Counted from the first letter of the stretch, positions 9,902 to 21,522 are shown. The stretch is DNA of 64,000 nucleotides from Flavobacteriales bacterium (GCA_046336655.1 JBKDGH010000118.1:1224-65223), one strand, 5' to 3'. Notes: generated from the sequence alone by a model not told the origin. Made by a program: numbers and translations.

Positions 9902-12529
9902 TTAGGCTCCGATAATCTTCCGGATGTCATTGAGCTTCATCAGCGCCTCTACAGGAGTCAGCGTGTTGATATCAATATTGAGCAGTTCATCCCTTACTTG
10001 CGCAAGCGTGGGATCATCGAGTTGAAAGAAGCTGAGCTGCACGGGCGATTGCGCGGACACATGCCCTACTTTACCAGTGAGGTTTTCCCTGCTGTGCGAT
10101 TGTTCAAGTGTCTGGAGCATTTCTTTCGCACGTTCGAGCACCTTGGAGGGCATTCCCGCAAGTTTGGCCACGTGAATACCAAAGCTGTGATTGCTGCCGC
10201 CCTGTTGCAGTTTGCGGAGAAATACTATGCGCTGGCCCACTTCCTTTACACTTACATTGAAGTTATGGATGCGTGCAAATGCCGATGCCATTTCGTTCAG
10301 TTCGTGGTAGTGTGTGGCGAATAACGTCTTGGCTCTTGCTTTCGGATGCTCATGCAGGTATTCCGCAATGGCCCAGGCAATCGAAATTCCGTCATAGGTG
10401 GATGTGCCTCTTCCGATTTCATCCAGCAGCACCAGGCTGCGGTTGCTGAGGTTATTGAGAATACTCGCGGTTTCATTCATCTCCACCATAAATGTGGATT
10501 CACCGCTGGAGATGTTATCGCTCGCACCCACACGGGTGAAGATCTTGTCAATGATGCCTATATCGGCAGATTTCGCAGGCACATACGATCCTATCTGAGC
10601 CATAAGCACGATGAGTGCAGTCTGGCGCAGCACAGCAGATTTACCGCTCATGTTTGGTCCGGTGATCATCATGATTTGCTGCTGCTCATTGTCGAGGTAT
10701 ACGTCATTGCTGACATACTCTTCTCCGGGAGGCAGGCTGCGCTCAATGACCGGATGTCGTCCTTCATGAATGTGCAGGCTGAAGCCATCGTTCAGAGAGG
10801 GTTTGACATAATGGTTTTTCACTGCAACTGTCGCAAAGGACAGGAGGCAATCCAGCCGTGCCACGAGCTGGGCATTCAACTGAATCGCTGAAGTGAACTC
10901 CATGACGGCCGCCACGAGTTCCTGAAAAAGGTGTGATTCGATAGCGGCAATCTTTTCCTCTGCGCCGAGAATCTTTGACTCGTAATCCTTCAGCTCTTCG
11001 GTGATGTATCGCTCCGCCTGTGTGAGGGTCTGTTTTCTGATCCAGTCAGCAGGCACTTTATCCTTGTGTGTATTGCGTACTTCGAGGTAGTAGCCAAACA
11101 CATTGTTATACGAAATTTTCAGGGATGGAATTCCCGTGCGTTCACTTTCGCGCTGTTGGATTTCCGCGAGAAAATCCTTGCCTGACGTGGCGAGTGAGCG
11201 CAACTCATCCAGTTCAGAATGCACTCCGGGGGCAATTACCTGCCCCTTGTTCAGCGCCATCGGAGGATCGGGATGGAGTTCCCTGGCAATGCGCGAGGTG
11301 ATCGTCTCACACGGATTCAGCTGCGAGGTGAGGCTGAGCAATTCCGAATTACTGCTCTTTTTACCCATTTCACGGATGGGTTCAAGGGCTTCCAGGGCCC
11401 GGCGTATCTGCATCAGTTCGCGCGGCGAAATACGCGCTGTGGCTACTTTGGAAATGAGCCTTTCGAGGTCACCTATTTGCTTGAGTGACTGCGAAAGGAC
11501 GGACGCATTATCTTGGTGGTGTGTGAAATATTCCACTACCGCATGGCGCTTCTCAATCGTGGCGGAGTGCTTCAGCGGAAGAAGCAGCCAGCGACGAAGC
11601 ATGCGCGCTCCCATGGGTGAAATGGTTTCATCCAGCACATCCAGCAAGGTGGTTGCATTTTCATGCGAGGAGTGAACGAGCTCCAGATTGCGGATGGTGA
11701 ATTTGTCCAGCCATACGTATTGGTCTTCTTCAATCCTGGAAATGGTTGCTATGTGAGCTACTTTATCGTGGCGTGTTTCTTCCAGATAATGCAGCACCGC
11801 ACCGGCAGCAATAATTCCGAGTTCAAGTTCATCCACTCCGAATCCCTTGAGGCTGCGGGTTCCGAAGTGTTTCTGGAGTTTCTCTCTTCCGAAATCTGAC
11901 GTAAACACCCAGTCATCGAGCCTGAACGTGACGAGTTTGTCGCCGAACGCATCGCGAAACGCTTTGTCGAGATGCTTCTGATAAAGCACCTCGGCAGGCC
12001 GGAAGCCCTGAAGGAGTTTATCCGCATATTCAATTGTTCCCTCTGCACACAGAAATTCGCCAGTGGAAATATCGAGAAACGCGATGCCAGCCTGGTTCTG
12101 TTTGATGGCTACTGCAGCAAGAAAGTTATTGGACGTAGCATCGTACGTTTTATCGTTGTACGACACGCCCGGAGTAACTAGTTCGGTAACTCCGCGCCTG
12201 ACGATCTTTTTGGTAAGCTTAGGGTCTTCGAGCTGGTCGCAGATCGCTACGCGGTGGCCTGCACGAACGAGCTTGGGCAGATAGGTATCCAGCGCGTGAA
12301 ATGGAAAGCCGGCCAGCTCCACGTAGGCCGCAGCGCCATTTTTTCTCCGCGTGAGTGTGATGCCCAGCACGCGGGATGCAACGATGGCATCCTCTCCGAA
12401 TGTTTCGTAGAAATCGCCTACGCGAAAAAGCAGGAGTGCGTCAGGATACTTTGCCTTGATGGCATTGTATTGCTTCATGAGCGGTGTTTCAACCGCTGCT
12501 CCGGTTTCCTCAACGTATTCTTCCGCCAC
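9902..12529 (-). CDS. mutS: DNA mismatch repair protein MutS
   Basis: 875 aa with [30 protein letters not shown], Walker A GPNMSGKS, and [12 protein letters not shown]. Confidence 0.95.
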   Translation of the reverse strand: MAEEYVEETGAAVETPLMKQYNAIKAKYPDALLLFRVGDFYETFGEDAIVASRVLGITLTRRKNGAAAYVELAGFPFHALDTYLPKLVRAGHRVAICDQLEDPKLTKKIVRRGVTELVTPGVSYNDKTYDATSNNFLAAVAIKQNQAGIAFLDISTGEFLCAEGTIEYADKLLQGFRPAEVLYQKHLDKAFRDAFGDKLVTFRLDDWVFTSDFGREKLQKHFGTRSLKGFGVDELELGIIAAGAVLHYLEETRHDKVAHIATISRIEEDQYVWLDKFTIRNLELVHSSHENATTLLDVLDETISPMGARMLRRWLLLPLKHSATIEKRHAVVEYFTHHQDNASVLSQSLKQIGDLERLISKVATARISPRELMQIRRALEALEPIREMGKKSSNSELLSLTSQLNPCETITSRIARELHPDPPMALNKGQVIAPGVHSELDELRSLATSGKDFLAEIQQRESERTGIPSLKISYNNVFGYYLEVRNTHKDKVPADWIRKQTLTQAERYITEELKDYESKILGAEEKIAAIESHLFQELVAAVMEFTSAIQLNAQLVARLDCLLSFATVAVKNHYVKPSLNDGFSLHIHEGRHPVIERSLPPGEEYVSNDVYLDNEQQQIMMITGPNMSGKSAVLRQTALIVLMAQIGSYVPAKSADIGIIDKIFTRVGASDNISSGESTFMVEMNETASILNNLSNRSLVLLDEIGRGTSTYDGISIAWAIAEYLHEHPKARAKTLFATHYHELNEMASAFARIHNFNVSVKEVGQRIVFLRKLQQGGSNHSFGIHVAKLAGMPSKVLERAKEMLQTLEQSHSRENLTGKVGHVSAQSPVQLSFFQLDDPTLAQVRDELLNIDINTLTPVEALMKLNDIRKIIGA

Positions 12530-12542
12530 TGGAGTCAGGTTT

Positions 12543-13763
12543 TCACGCCACTTTCAGCTGACTGAGCTTGGAGTGTGAGAACTGTTCGCGCGCATAACTG
12601 AGCGTCACCTTGAACTCCTTCTCCTTGGAAGAAGGCAACTGGTACATCGCATCAGTCATAATTGCTTCGCAGATGGAACGTAGGCCGCGAGCACCGAGTT
12701 TGTATTCCATTGCTTTTTCAACGATGAAATCGAGCACTTTTTTATCAAAGGTGAGTTTGACACCGTCCATATCAAACAGCTTCACATACTGTTTGATGAG
12801 CGCATTTTTCGGTTCTGTGAGAATGCGACGCAGGGTAGCTTCGTCCAGTGGATTCAGGTAAGTCAGCACCGGGAAGCGACCGATCAGTTCGGGTATTAAT
12901 CCGAATCGCTTCAGATCCGTTGGGGTTACATACTGAAGAATATTCTCAGTGTCAATTCGCGCAGCAGTTGCGCCGTATCCGATGGAGTTGAGGTTGATGC
13001 GGCTTTCTATATGCCTGTTGATTCCGTCGAACGCACCGCCGCAGATGAAGAGGATATTGCGGGTATCGACCTGTATCATCTTTTGTTCCGGATGTTTGCG
13101 TCCGCCCTGCGGGGGAACACCTACCGTGGCTCCTTCGAGGAGTTTGAGCAGTGCCTGCTGTACACCTTCTCCGCTGACATCGCGGGTGATGCTCGGGTTG
13201 TCACTTTTACGGGCGATTTTATCGATCTCATCGATGAAGACAATGCCTCGCTCAGCACGCGCCACGTCATAGTCGGCGTTTTGAAGAAGGCGCGAAAGGA
13301 TGCTCTCCACATCTTCTCCCACATAGCCCGCTTCAGTGAGTACGGTAGCATCGGCAATGCAAAATGGTACGTTGAGCATTTTTGCGATGGAGCGGGCCAG
13401 CAGTGTTTTGCCGGTTCCGGTTTCACCGACCATCACGATGTTGGATTTTTCAATTTCCACATCATCGCCGGTGTGCTTCTGGCTGATGCGCTTGTAGTGG
13501 TTGTACACCGCTACGCTGAGCACTTTTTTTGCCTCGTCTTGCCCGATCACAAAGTCATCCAGAAAGGCCTTGATTTCAGCCGGCTTCAGAAGCTGAAGAT
13601 CGCCGGACGGAGAAGTGCTGGGCGCTTTCTTCTCTTCATGCACAATCTGGTGCGCCTGACTCGCACAGTCATCGCAGATGTGTCCGCTGAGACCCGCGAT
13701 GAGGATATTGACTTCGCTTTTTTTACGGCCGCAGAACGAGCAGCTGATTTCTTTTCCTGACAT
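12543..13763 (-). CDS. clpX: ATP-dependent Clp protease ATP-binding subunit ClpX
   Basis: N-terminal zinc ribbon CSFCGR...ICDDC, Walker A GETGTGKT, and IVFIDEIDK. Confidence 0.95.
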   Translation of the reverse strand: MSGKEISCSFCGRKKSEVNILIAGLSGHICDDCASQAHQIVHEEKKAPSTSPSGDLQLLKPAEIKAFLDDFVIGQDEAKKVLSVAVYNHYKRISQKHTGDDVEIEKSNIVMVGETGTGKTLLARSIAKMLNVPFCIADATVLTEAGYVGEDVESILSRLLQNADYDVARAERGIVFIDEIDKIARKSDNPSITRDVSGEGVQQALLKLLEGATVGVPPQGGRKHPEQKMIQVDTRNILFICGGAFDGINRHIESRINLNSIGYGATAARIDTENILQYVTPTDLKRFGLIPELIGRFPVLTYLNPLDEATLRRILTEPKNALIKQYVKLFDMDGVKLTFDKKVLDFIVEKAMEYKLGARGLRSICEAIMTDAMYQLPSSKEKEFKVTLSYAREQFSHSKLSQLKVA

Positions 13764-13849
13764 GCGATGAAAACGACCGGGAGCCTTGATTGTTTCTCAA
13801 ATCCGGACGAACCCCAAAGGTACGACACACTTCCGGAGTCTGTTCGGCG

Positions 13850-16330
13850 TCACACAGGGTCCACGTCTACCGTCAGCCGGACGCTTTTGAAGTCAGGTTG
13901 CTGCCTCAGCATGTGGCAGGAGTCCAGAATCAGCTCTTTGAGGCGCGGCAGGTCGGGGGTGCGGTGAAGCTTGATCAGGATTTGCCGGAGGTAATACGTG
14001 TTAATCCTGGGCACATAGGGTTTTTCTGGGCCCAGCACCTGACCGGGTTCGAGGCGTGTAATGGCGGCTTTGAGTTCATTGCCAGCCCGCTCAGCCACTT
14101 CGTCATCCTTGTGCTTGACGGTGATGCGGATCATTCTTACGAACGGGGGATAGCTGAACTGATGGCGCTCCCGGATTTCATGGTTGTAAAGAGACGTGTA
14201 ATCGCCGCGTTTTACCAGGTCAAGCAGCCAATGGTCGGGTGTATAGGTCTGAATGATCACTTGCCCGCGCTTCTGGCGCCGGCCTGCTCGTCCCGCCACC
14301 TGCATAATGAGCTGAAAGCTTCGTTCCATGGACCTGAAATCAGGATAATTCATCATACGATCAGCATTCATAATACCCACGACGGAAACATGGTCAAAGT
14401 CGAGTCCTTTCGTGATCATCTGGGTGCCTACGAGAATTTGAATTTCACCGGATTCAAAATCGGAGATGATGCGCTGGTAGCTGCTTTTGCTGCGGGTGGT
14501 ATCAAGGTCCATACGCTGGACTCTGAATTCAGGGAACAGGTCAACTACTTCTTCTTCGAGTTTTTCAGTGCCGAAGCCGAGCATACGGAGATCATGATTT
14601 CCGCAAGCCGCGCATGCTGCAGGAGGCGAGCTCGAGTAGCCGCAGTAGTGGCATTTGAGTTGATGATTGTGCTTGTGGTAGGTCATGCTCACGTCGCAGC
14701 GCGTGCACATAGGCACCCAGCCACAGGTGTGGCATTGCCACAGGGGAGAATAGCCCCTTCTGTTTTGAAAGAGAATGACCTGTTCACCTGATTCAAGCGC
14801 TTTCCTCATCGCTTCTACAAGCATGCTTGTGAAATTGCCGGAGAGGGTTTTCTTTTTGATATCTGCACGTATGTCAGCGATGGTGACTTCAGGTAGCTCA
14901 ATTCCGCCGAACCGTTCGTTGATTTCAATCAGGTTGTAGCGGTTGTTTTTAGAGTTCCAGTAGGTTTCAATTGAAGGTGTGGCCGAGCCAAGCACCACCG
15001 GTGCTCCGAATTCCCGCGCCCACACAATGGCGGTGTCACGGGCATGGTAACGCGGTGCTGGATCGTGCTGTTTAAAGCTGTGTTCATGCTCTTCGTCCAC
15101 GATGACCAGACCGGGATTCGAGAACGGAAGAAACAATGCTGACCGGGCGCCGATTACAATGGCCGGCTGTCCGGCCGGCGCATGGAGCAATGACATCCAG
15201 GTGTTACCCCGCTGATTGTCTGAGAACCCGCTGTGATAGACTTTCACCAGCGCACCGAAGTATTTGCGCAGCCGTGTGATCAGTTGAGTGGTAAGGGCAA
15301 TTTCAGGAAGCAGGTAGAGCACTTGCTTGCCTTCCTGAACGGCATCACGGATCAGGTGACAGTAAATCTCCGTTTTCCCGCTTGAGGTTACCCCGTGAAG
15401 CAATGTCACCGGAAGCGTCGAGAAAGATGATTTTATTTCTTCATAGACGCGTTGCTGGGTTGGTGCAAGCCCGGGTAGATTGGGACTGGCATTGGCTTGC
15501 GGTATGCGGTGTGGATCAATCGTGCGTTTTTCGATAATCCCTTTTTCAATGAGTGACTGGAAAGCCGATTTTGAAATCCCTGTGTGCTGCTGAACTTCTT
15601 TTTTCGGTACGCTCCGGCTTTCGCCTTTATCAAAACCGGAAAGGCCCAGAAAGGCGAGAAGTGCATCACTCTGCTTGTGTGCCTGCCGTTTTTCGAAATC
15701 GGAGAAGAGTTGCTTTAATGATCCTTCTGTTGCATAGACCGTATTGAGATCAAATACCTCATCGCGTTTTGGCCTGAATTTCTCTTTGATTTCCTCGTCT
15801 GAGAAGATCATCCCCTTTTCAACTAACCCTTTGAGAATGGGCTGTAAAGTGCGGATGCTGAGCCGCTCACTGAGCTCAGAAATGGCGCAGGGTTTTTCAG
15901 TCAGGGCATGGAGCACAGCGCGCTCCTTTTCATTCAGAGTCGCATCTTCTTCCCAATATTCATCAGCCACCGAGAGCTTGGTTTCACTTGACAGTTTCAA
16001 TGAACCGGGAATGGCGGCATTCATTACTTCGCCCACAGTGCAGGCGTAATAGGATGCAATCCACTCCCAGAATTTCAATTGAGATTCAGTGACAATTGCG
16101 TCTTCATCGAGCAGTCCTTCGATGTATTTTGCTTCATAACCGGAAGGGGGTGTTTGCCCAATGGCCCGTATAATCCCGGTGTAGAAGCGGCTTTTGCCCA
16201 ACGGCACAATCACCCGAAATCCCACCTGAATGCGGTTATTCCATTCAAATGGAATGCGGTATGACAGCGTTTTTGGCAACGCCAGAGGCAGAATGACTTC
16301 TGCGAAGAGGGTGACGCGTTCGGCTGTCAT
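13850..16330 (-). CDS. priA: primosomal replication restart helicase PriA
   Basis: 826 aa with LLHGVTSSGKTE Walker A, the DEEH box, and a Cys-rich zinc insertion CHTCGW...CTRCDVSM...CHYCGY...CAACG. Confidence 0.95.
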   Translation of the reverse strand: MTAERVTLFAEVILPLALPKTLSYRIPFEWNNRIQVGFRVIVPLGKSRFYTGIIRAIGQTPPSGYEAKYIEGLLDEDAIVTESQLKFWEWIASYYACTVGEVMNAAIPGSLKLSSETKLSVADEYWEEDATLNEKERAVLHALTEKPCAISELSERLSIRTLQPILKGLVEKGMIFSDEEIKEKFRPKRDEVFDLNTVYATEGSLKQLFSDFEKRQAHKQSDALLAFLGLSGFDKGESRSVPKKEVQQHTGISKSAFQSLIEKGIIEKRTIDPHRIPQANASPNLPGLAPTQQRVYEEIKSSFSTLPVTLLHGVTSSGKTEIYCHLIRDAVQEGKQVLYLLPEIALTTQLITRLRKYFGALVKVYHSGFSDNQRGNTWMSLLHAPAGQPAIVIGARSALFLPFSNPGLVIVDEEHEHSFKQHDPAPRYHARDTAIVWAREFGAPVVLGSATPSIETYWNSKNNRYNLIEINERFGGIELPEVTIADIRADIKKKTLSGNFTSMLVEAMRKALESGEQVILFQNRRGYSPLWQCHTCGWVPMCTRCDVSMTYHKHNHQLKCHYCGYSSSPPAACAACGNHDLRMLGFGTEKLEEEVVDLFPEFRVQRMDLDTTRSKSSYQRIISDFESGEIQILVGTQMITKGLDFDHVSVVGIMNADRMMNYPDFRSMERSFQLIMQVAGRAGRRQKRGQVIIQTYTPDHWLLDLVKRGDYTSLYNHEIRERHQFSYPPFVRMIRITVKHKDDEVAERAGNELKAAITRLEPGQVLGPEKPYVPRINTYYLRQILIKLHRTPDLPRLKELILDSCHMLRQQPDFKSVRLTVDVDPV

Positions 16331-16361
16331 GGAATGTGGTGTAAAGAAACAACATCAGCCA

Positions 16362-16391
16362 AAAGAAAAAAGGCAGCCTGAGCCGCCTTTT
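16362..16391 (-). terminator. hairpin terminator between adhesin gene and priA
   Basis: GGCAGC-CTGA-GCCGCC imperfect stem, flanked by an A-run on the plus strand (a T-run on the minus strand). Confidence 0.4.
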
Positions 16392-16417
16392 TATGTCTGA
16401 TATGGAATACTATTCCG

Positions 16418-19400
16418 TTATCGGGTCTTAGCCACTGCCTGATGCGCAATGAAATCGCCCTGGACGAACCTGAACCGGTAGATTCCCGATGTCCACTGGT
16501 GGATGGGAACGGTGAGCCTGTATGTGACACCGGAAGTAGCCTCACCGGAGAACGGAGTGGCAATGAGCTGTCCGGCAGTATTATACACTTGCATTTCAGA
16601 ATATCCGGTGGAAGGTGCGCTGAATTCAAGGATGACTTCCTGACCGTTGTTCCCCGCAACTGAGAAAAATGTGGCATCTGTGTCTTCGAAGGAAATCGTT
16701 TGTGTCCAGCAGGTGGCAAGTCCCGCGCAGTTGGTAGCACACCAGGTGCGGAGATAGACTTCATCGCAATCGATACCGCCGACTACTTCTTCCTGATAGT
16801 CGACATTCAATTCGCCAATGCAGCTGTCGAACGCAGTAATTATGGGAATGGGAGGAAGCGGATCACCGCAAGGGATTGTCACATCTTCGGGATAAAGACT
16901 CAACTCAGGCGCGGACTGATCGCCCCCGGTAATTATTTGTGTGGCCTCTGAGAAGTTGCCGCAATCATCCTGCGTGAACCATGTGCGGGTAACAATGAAA
17001 CCGCATTCATCTTCTACAGTGTTTACGGAGAGTCCTACATCTGTAGTTCCGCTGCAGTTATCGAGAGCCGTGACGATTGCAGGGGGGACTGGATCATTGC
17101 ATCCGATGGTCAGGTTTTCCGGCACGCCGATTAGTGTGGGCGGGAGTTCATCAATCACCTCAACCAGCCATGTTTGCTGAATCTGGTTGCCGCATGCATC
17201 GCTGATGGTGTAAATGCGCTCAAGCATGTAATTGCCCGGGCAAAATCCGGGGGCTTCGAAAACTTCTACGCTGATCGTAGGTTCACCGCAATTATCACTT
17301 ACTATGAGGTCGTTTGGCAACTCAATGGGAACTTCATTGCATGCAAATACTCCGTCTTCAGGGAATGACAGGATTTGAGGCGCATCATTATCGAAAAGGC
17401 CGGTGAATTGTTCGAATGTGGTGCTATTGCCGCAACCGTCAGTAACCGTGTAGATGCGGTTGAAGGTTTCGACACATCCATACAGCTCTGTGGTTTCTTC
17501 CACAGTCCAGGTAATGGTGATGTCATCACTGCACGCGTCCACCGCGGTGATCTGGATTTGATCTCCCTCACCGCAGAATACATCGGCAACAGCCGGCCCG
17601 GATACTACAGGAGCTTCATTGTCTTCCACGGTGATGAACTGGGCGTAAATGGCCTGATTACCACACGGGTCGAATGCGCGGAACACGCGGGTCACTATTT
17701 CACCACCACATGAGCTGGGAGTGCTTTCTTCCGTGAAAAAAGTGAGCACTTCTCCTGCACAGGCATCAATTGCAACGGGAAGCACTACATCTGGAAGCGG
17801 GTCGCCGCAAGCGATGGTTATGCTTTCCGGAAGACTCTGAAATACCGGATCAGTTGTATCAGTCCACGTTACTGTTTGAGTCATGAGCGATTCATTGCCA
17901 CATGCATCCAAGGCGGTCCAGCTTCTTATCTCGATCGTTTCGCAATCAGCCTCGGTAACCTCCGAACTGAAGTTGATTTCTGTCACATCCGAACAGGCAT
18001 CAATCACAGTGAATTCGGGCAGTGCTACTTCTTCGCCGCACTCTGCCTGAATTGCGCTGAAGTCACCCACAAATTGTGGTCCTTCATTGTCCACGACATC
18101 AATAGTCAGTACAGCAATTGTTGAATTATCGCAGGCATCAGTTGCTGTGTAGGTGCGGATGATTTGATATTGACCGGGACATGTACCTTGTTCAGTTTCT
18201 TCTGTCATGGTGATATCAAAGTCACTGCACTCGTCAATAAACTGAACTCCGACATCTTCGAGGTCGGGAATTTCATCGCAGCTTACTGTGATCACTCCTG
18301 GAAAGTCTGTTACGAAAGGAGGTTCGTTATCAATGATGGTTATCGTCTGAACAAATTCAGAGGAGTTTTCGCATCCGTCAGTTGCGGTATAGATTCGCTC
18401 GATTCCACCGGCGCAGCCTGTTCCGGTGACATCTTCCATGGTCAGTGTGACGCCGCTGCAATTATCTGCGGCAACCACATCACTGAGCGGAATCTCCCCG
18501 CCGCACTGGATTTCCAGATTTTCCGGAACCACAGTGAAAACCGGTGCTTCTGTATCTGTGAACAGGATCACCTGCACGTCGGTGGTGGTATTACCGCAAC
18601 CGTCGGTGGCAGTCCATGTGCGCACTAACTCTTCTCCGCAGGTGAGCGGATTGGTTACCACTGACAATCCGACTAACGGATCAGCGCTGCAATCGTCGGT
18701 CGCGAATACGACTACATCGGCGACAGTTTCACCGCAATTAAGCACCTGATCTTCCGGAATGCCAGAGAGTGCAGGGCCTTGCTCATCGGTCACCGTGATC
18801 GTCCAGGTAGCACTGACTGAATTGCCGCAGCCATCTGTGGCGGTCCAGGTGCGCTGAATGATTTCGACGACCGGACATTCTCCCGGAGTGGATAATTCAG
18901 TCATTTCTAGATTGAATGATGAGCATGCATCGCTCGCTACCGGCAATGAGCTATCGGCAGAAGGAACACCCGCGCAGTTCACAGTAACGTCAGCCGGAAA
19001 CTCATCGAATTGTGGAGGTGTATTATCCAGCACAGTGATAGTTTGAGATGCAGAAGCCACGTTTCCGCAGTCATCGGTCACGAACCAGGTCCGGATAAAC
19101 AGGTAGCCGCAGTCAAGTGGCTCAGTAGCTGCACTCAAGCCAATGGAAGGGAATTGCGAGCAGTTATCAATCGCAAAGGGCAGAGCATCGTCGATCAGAT
19201 CACCGCAAAAAATGGTGACATCAGCAGGAACATTGAGCAGCTGTGGGGGTGTGGTGTCGCTTAATTCAATGGTCCAGGTTTGAGATACCGCGTTGCCGCA
19301 ATCATCTGTGAGGGTGTAAACCCGAAGCAGGGTGTAGGATCCGCTACATTCACCCGGAATAATGCTCTCTTCTACGCTGAGGGTAGTATTGTCGCAGCCA

Positions 19401-20587
19401 GGGGTAAATGTGATTTGCGGATTGTCGGCAGAAGGAATCTGGTTGCACTCGGTTGCCAAATCATCCGGAAACGAGGTGAATTCGGGTTCGTTGCCACTGA
19501 TACTGATGGTTTGGATCAGCGTCACACTGTTTCCGCAAGCATCACTGACGAGGAAAGTCCGGATGATCTCACCACCGCAGCCGGGAACGATCACCTCATC
19601 GGTGTAGGTGATGATCACTTCCGAGCAGGAGTCCTCCGCAACAGGCGGAATTACAACGGGGTTTCCGCAGTCTTCAGTGACTTCTGCTTCGAATGCAATG
19701 ATGGAAGGTGCTGTGGTATCCAGGACGTGAACATCCTGCGTATAGAAAGAAGAAAGCCCGCATTCGTTGGTCACCCGGCAAACGCGGCTGAAGGTAGTGC
19801 TTCCGCATCCCTGGGGAGGAGCGCTGCATGTGCGGTCCACATTTACGTCGCCATGGCCGGTGACCCATTCCCCCTGGTAGTATCCGGTGTAGTCGAACCA
19901 GCCGCTCAGGCCGTCGTTCGCATTGCGACTATTCGCGGCACCACCTGCCTGAAAGCCAAAGTAATAATTGCCGGGCTTGTGGGTCAGCATCAGCTGGGTG
20001 TTAGATAATTGACCGATTCCCTGAAGCCATGAAAATCCTTCCACCAGTTCATAGTAGGACCAGTTCAGGTATTCATTTCCGGCGAGGTTGAGATCGTCCT
20101 TGTAGCTTCGTCCGAGGGCCGACCATTCTTCCCAGGTGCGTCCGTTTTCGAGCCACAGATTGGCCTCCATTCTCAGCTCCGGATTGCTGACTTTATAGAT
20201 GATTCCCCAGATTCTGGCGGTGCCGTCGCCGTAAGCTTCGAAGAATCCACCCTCTTCAAAGCGCCAGGATACGTTGGCACCATCGATATCGGGAAGCCAG
20301 AAAGCCCAGTCGGGCCCTGGTCCGAAGGCTGTGCCCAACCCGCAGGATTCAGTGACATTGCCTGTTGTACTTTCAAAGGATTCTGTGCTCACGGCACCGC
20401 AGCAAGGCGAAGAACCGCTGCATTCGGCGAATGGCGGAATTTCTTCTCCGCATTCAATGGTGATTTCCGTATCCTCTGAGGAAGATGGAAAGCACAATTC
20501 CTGAGACTTAACATGTCCGGAATTAAAGACCGCCAGCCCTAGTATGAACAGGGACAGCAGAGGTTTCAGAATAAAATTGTATTTCAC
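16418..20587 (-). CDS. T9SS-secreted giant adhesin-like protein with HYR-like tandem repeats and a Por/T9SS C-terminal sorting domain
   Basis: Signal peptide ...GHVKS|QE. A roughly 290-aa unique N-terminal domain. About 14 units with the signature R[TI][WY]TATD.CGN....Q.I.V.D...P. The last ~81 aa (MQVYNTAGQLIA...GIYRFRFVQGDFIAHQAVAKTR) look like a T9SS CTD. Confidence 0.8.
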   Translation of the reverse strand: MKYNFILKPLLSLFILGLAVFNSGHVKSQELCFPSSSEDTEITIECGEEIPPFAECSGSSPCCGAVSTESFESTTGNVTESCGLGTAFGPGPDWAFWLPDIDGANVSWRFEEGGFFEAYGDGTARIWGIIYKVSNPELRMEANLWLENGRTWEEWSALGRSYKDDLNLAGNEYLNWSYYELVEGFSWLQGIGQLSNTQLMLTHKPGNYYFGFQAGGAANSRNANDGLSGWFDYTGYYQGEWVTGHGDVNVDRTCSAPPQGCGSTTFSRVCRVTNECGLSSFYTQDVHVLDTTAPSIIAFEAEVTEDCGNPVVIPPVAEDSCSEVIITYTDEVIVPGCGGEIIRTFLVSDACGNSVTLIQTISISGNEPEFTSFPDDLATECNQIPSADNPQITFTPGCDNTTLSVEESIIPGECSGSYTLLRVYTLTDDCGNAVSQTWTIELSDTTPPQLLNVPADVTIFCGDLIDDALPFAIDNCSQFPSIGLSAATEPLDCGYLFIRTWFVTDDCGNVASASQTITVLDNTPPQFDEFPADVTVNCAGVPSADSSLPVASDACSSFNLEMTELSTPGECPVVEIIQRTWTATDGCGNSVSATWTITVTDEQGPALSGIPEDQVLNCGETVADVVVFATDDCSADPLVGLSVVTNPLTCGEELVRTWTATDGCGNTTTDVQVILFTDTEAPVFTVVPENLEIQCGGEIPLSDVVAADNCSGVTLTMEDVTGTGCAGGIERIYTATDGCENSSEFVQTITIIDNEPPFVTDFPGVITVSCDEIPDLEDVGVQFIDECSDFDITMTEETEQGTCPGQYQIIRTYTATDACDNSTIAVLTIDVVDNEGPQFVGDFSAIQAECGEEVALPEFTVIDACSDVTEINFSSEVTEADCETIEIRSWTALDACGNESLMTQTVTWTDTTDPVFQSLPESITIACGDPLPDVVLPVAIDACAGEVLTFFTEESTPSSCGGEIVTRVFRAFDPCGNQAIYAQFITVEDNEAPVVSGPAVADVFCGEGDQIQITAVDACSDDITITWTVEETTELYGCVETFNRIYTVTDGCGNSTTFEQFTGLFDNDAPQILSFPEDGVFACNEVPIELPNDLIVSDNCGEPTISVEVFEAPGFCPGNYMLERIYTISDACGNQIQQTWLVEVIDELPPTLIGVPENLTIGCNDPVPPAIVTALDNCSGTTDVGLSVNTVEDECGFIVTRTWFTQDDCGNFSEATQIITGGDQSAPELSLYPEDVTIPCGDPLPPIPIITAFDSCIGELNVDYQEEVVGGIDCDEVYLRTWCATNCAGLATCWTQTISFEDTDATFFSVAGNNGQEVILEFSAPSTGYSEMQVYNTAGQLIATPFSGEATSGVTYRLTVPIHQWTSGIYRFRFVQGDFIAHQAVAKTR
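16664..19720 (-). repeat. about 13 full tandem ~78-aa HYR-like coding repeats
   Basis: Recurrent motifs D.TPPxF...P.D.T..C......P...A.D.CS......E....CG....RTWTATD.CGN. Boundaries were estimated from residue counting (aa ~290-1308). Confidence 0.7.
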
Positions 20588-20711
20588 AGCGTAAGGAATT
20601 AAGGTTAGGTATTAACGATTTGTCTAAATGATTCAGACACATCGAAATAAGAAATAAAATAGTGTGGCTCGGGATGAAGGTTACGCGAGTTGTCAACCGC
20701 ATTTTCACCAA

Positions 20712-20735
20712 CAAAAAAGCCACCCGGAGGTGGCC
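20712..20735 (-). terminator. rho-independent terminator of clpP
   Basis: GCCACC-CGGA-GGTGGC stem 20719-20734. The A6 on the plus strand (20713-20718) gives a T-run on the minus strand, 21 nt after the clpP stop. Confidence 0.6.
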
Positions 20736-20755
20736 TTTCGTTCGTGTGACGGTGT

Positions 20756-21439
20756 TCAGGACCTTTTCTTTTCCAGCACCTCGTCAATCATTCCATACTC
20801 TTTTGCTTCGCTGGCGATCATCCAGTAGTCGCGGTCGCTGTCAGCCCAGACTTTGTCATAGGTCTGTCCGGAGTGCGACGCAATAATATCATACAACTCC
20901 TTCTTGAGCTTCTGAATTTCCCGTGCCGTAATCTCGATGTCGGATGCCTGTCCGCGTGCTCCGCCGAGCGGCTGGTGAATCATCACACGGGAATGTTTCA
21001 GTCCGGTGCGCTTGTTTTTTTCTCCGGCACAGAGGAGCACAGCGGCCATTGATGCGGCCATGCCGGTGCAGATGGTCGCTACGTCGGGCTGAATGATCTG
21101 CATCGTGTCGTAAATACCTAGCCCGGCATATACACTTCCCCCCGGTGAGTTGATGTAGATCTGAATATCCTTTTTGCTGTCCGCACTTTCGAGGAATAAC
21201 AGCTGTGCCTGAATGATATTGGCGATGTAATCATCAATCTCAGTTCCAAGGAAGATGATGCGGTCGGCCATAAGGCGTGAAAACACATCGACTTCACGGA
21301 AAGGCATGTTGCGCTCTTCAATTACGGTCCGTGTCATCATTTCCGGACCGTACAGATGGGATATTACATCGTCTACCACCGTTCCGGAGATACCGTGTTG
21401 ACCGGTGGCGTATTTTCTGAATTCTTTCCTGTTCATCAT
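20756..21439 (-). CDS. clpP: ATP-dependent Clp protease proteolytic subunit
   Basis: [29 protein letters not shown], catalytic Ser in GMAASMAA and His in MIHQPLGG. Confidence 0.95.
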   Translation of the reverse strand: MMNRKEFRKYATGQHGISGTVVDDVISHLYGPEMMTRTVIEERNMPFREVDVFSRLMADRIIFLGTEIDDYIANIIQAQLLFLESADSKKDIQIYINSPGGSVYAGLGIYDTMQIIQPDVATICTGMAASMAAVLLCAGEKNKRTGLKHSRVMIHQPLGGARGQASDIEITAREIQKLKKELYDIIASHSGQTYDKVWADSDRDYWMIASEAKEYGMIDEVLEKKRS

Positions 21440-21522
21440 GGGTTCAAATGGGAATTACGTGGGACCAAAGTAAGCAGAAGGTGTACACTCGACCGGCTAA
21501 AAAAAAGCCAACAGGGCTATGC

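Noticed and set aside
13790-14791. Long antisense ORFs inside large genes. Examples: 13790-14791 in priA, 10346-10891 in mutS, 19280-20008 in the adhesin, 6789-7607 in accC, 29527-30195 in the kinase, 54641-55381 in cysS, 56691-57389 in the TDH-like gene, 38184-38738 opposite the nitroreductase.
   Set aside because: Each lies fully inside a confidently identified gene on the other strand, and none has recognisable motifs. This is typical of mid/high-GC shadow frames.
16327-16764. 145-aa minus-strand ORF overlapping the adhesin 3' end and the priA start
   Set aside because: It is out of frame with the T9SS CTD coding region and spans the inter-gene terminator. Its Pro/Ser/Arg-rich translation looks non-coding.
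12543-21439. clpX and clpP separated by priA and the adhesin, with no tig nearby, considered as a rearrangement or island signature
   Set aside because: Unlinked clpP and clpX are common outside Proteobacteria. No integrase, tRNA, direct repeats or other mobility markers flank the adhesin gene, so an island claim is unsupported.
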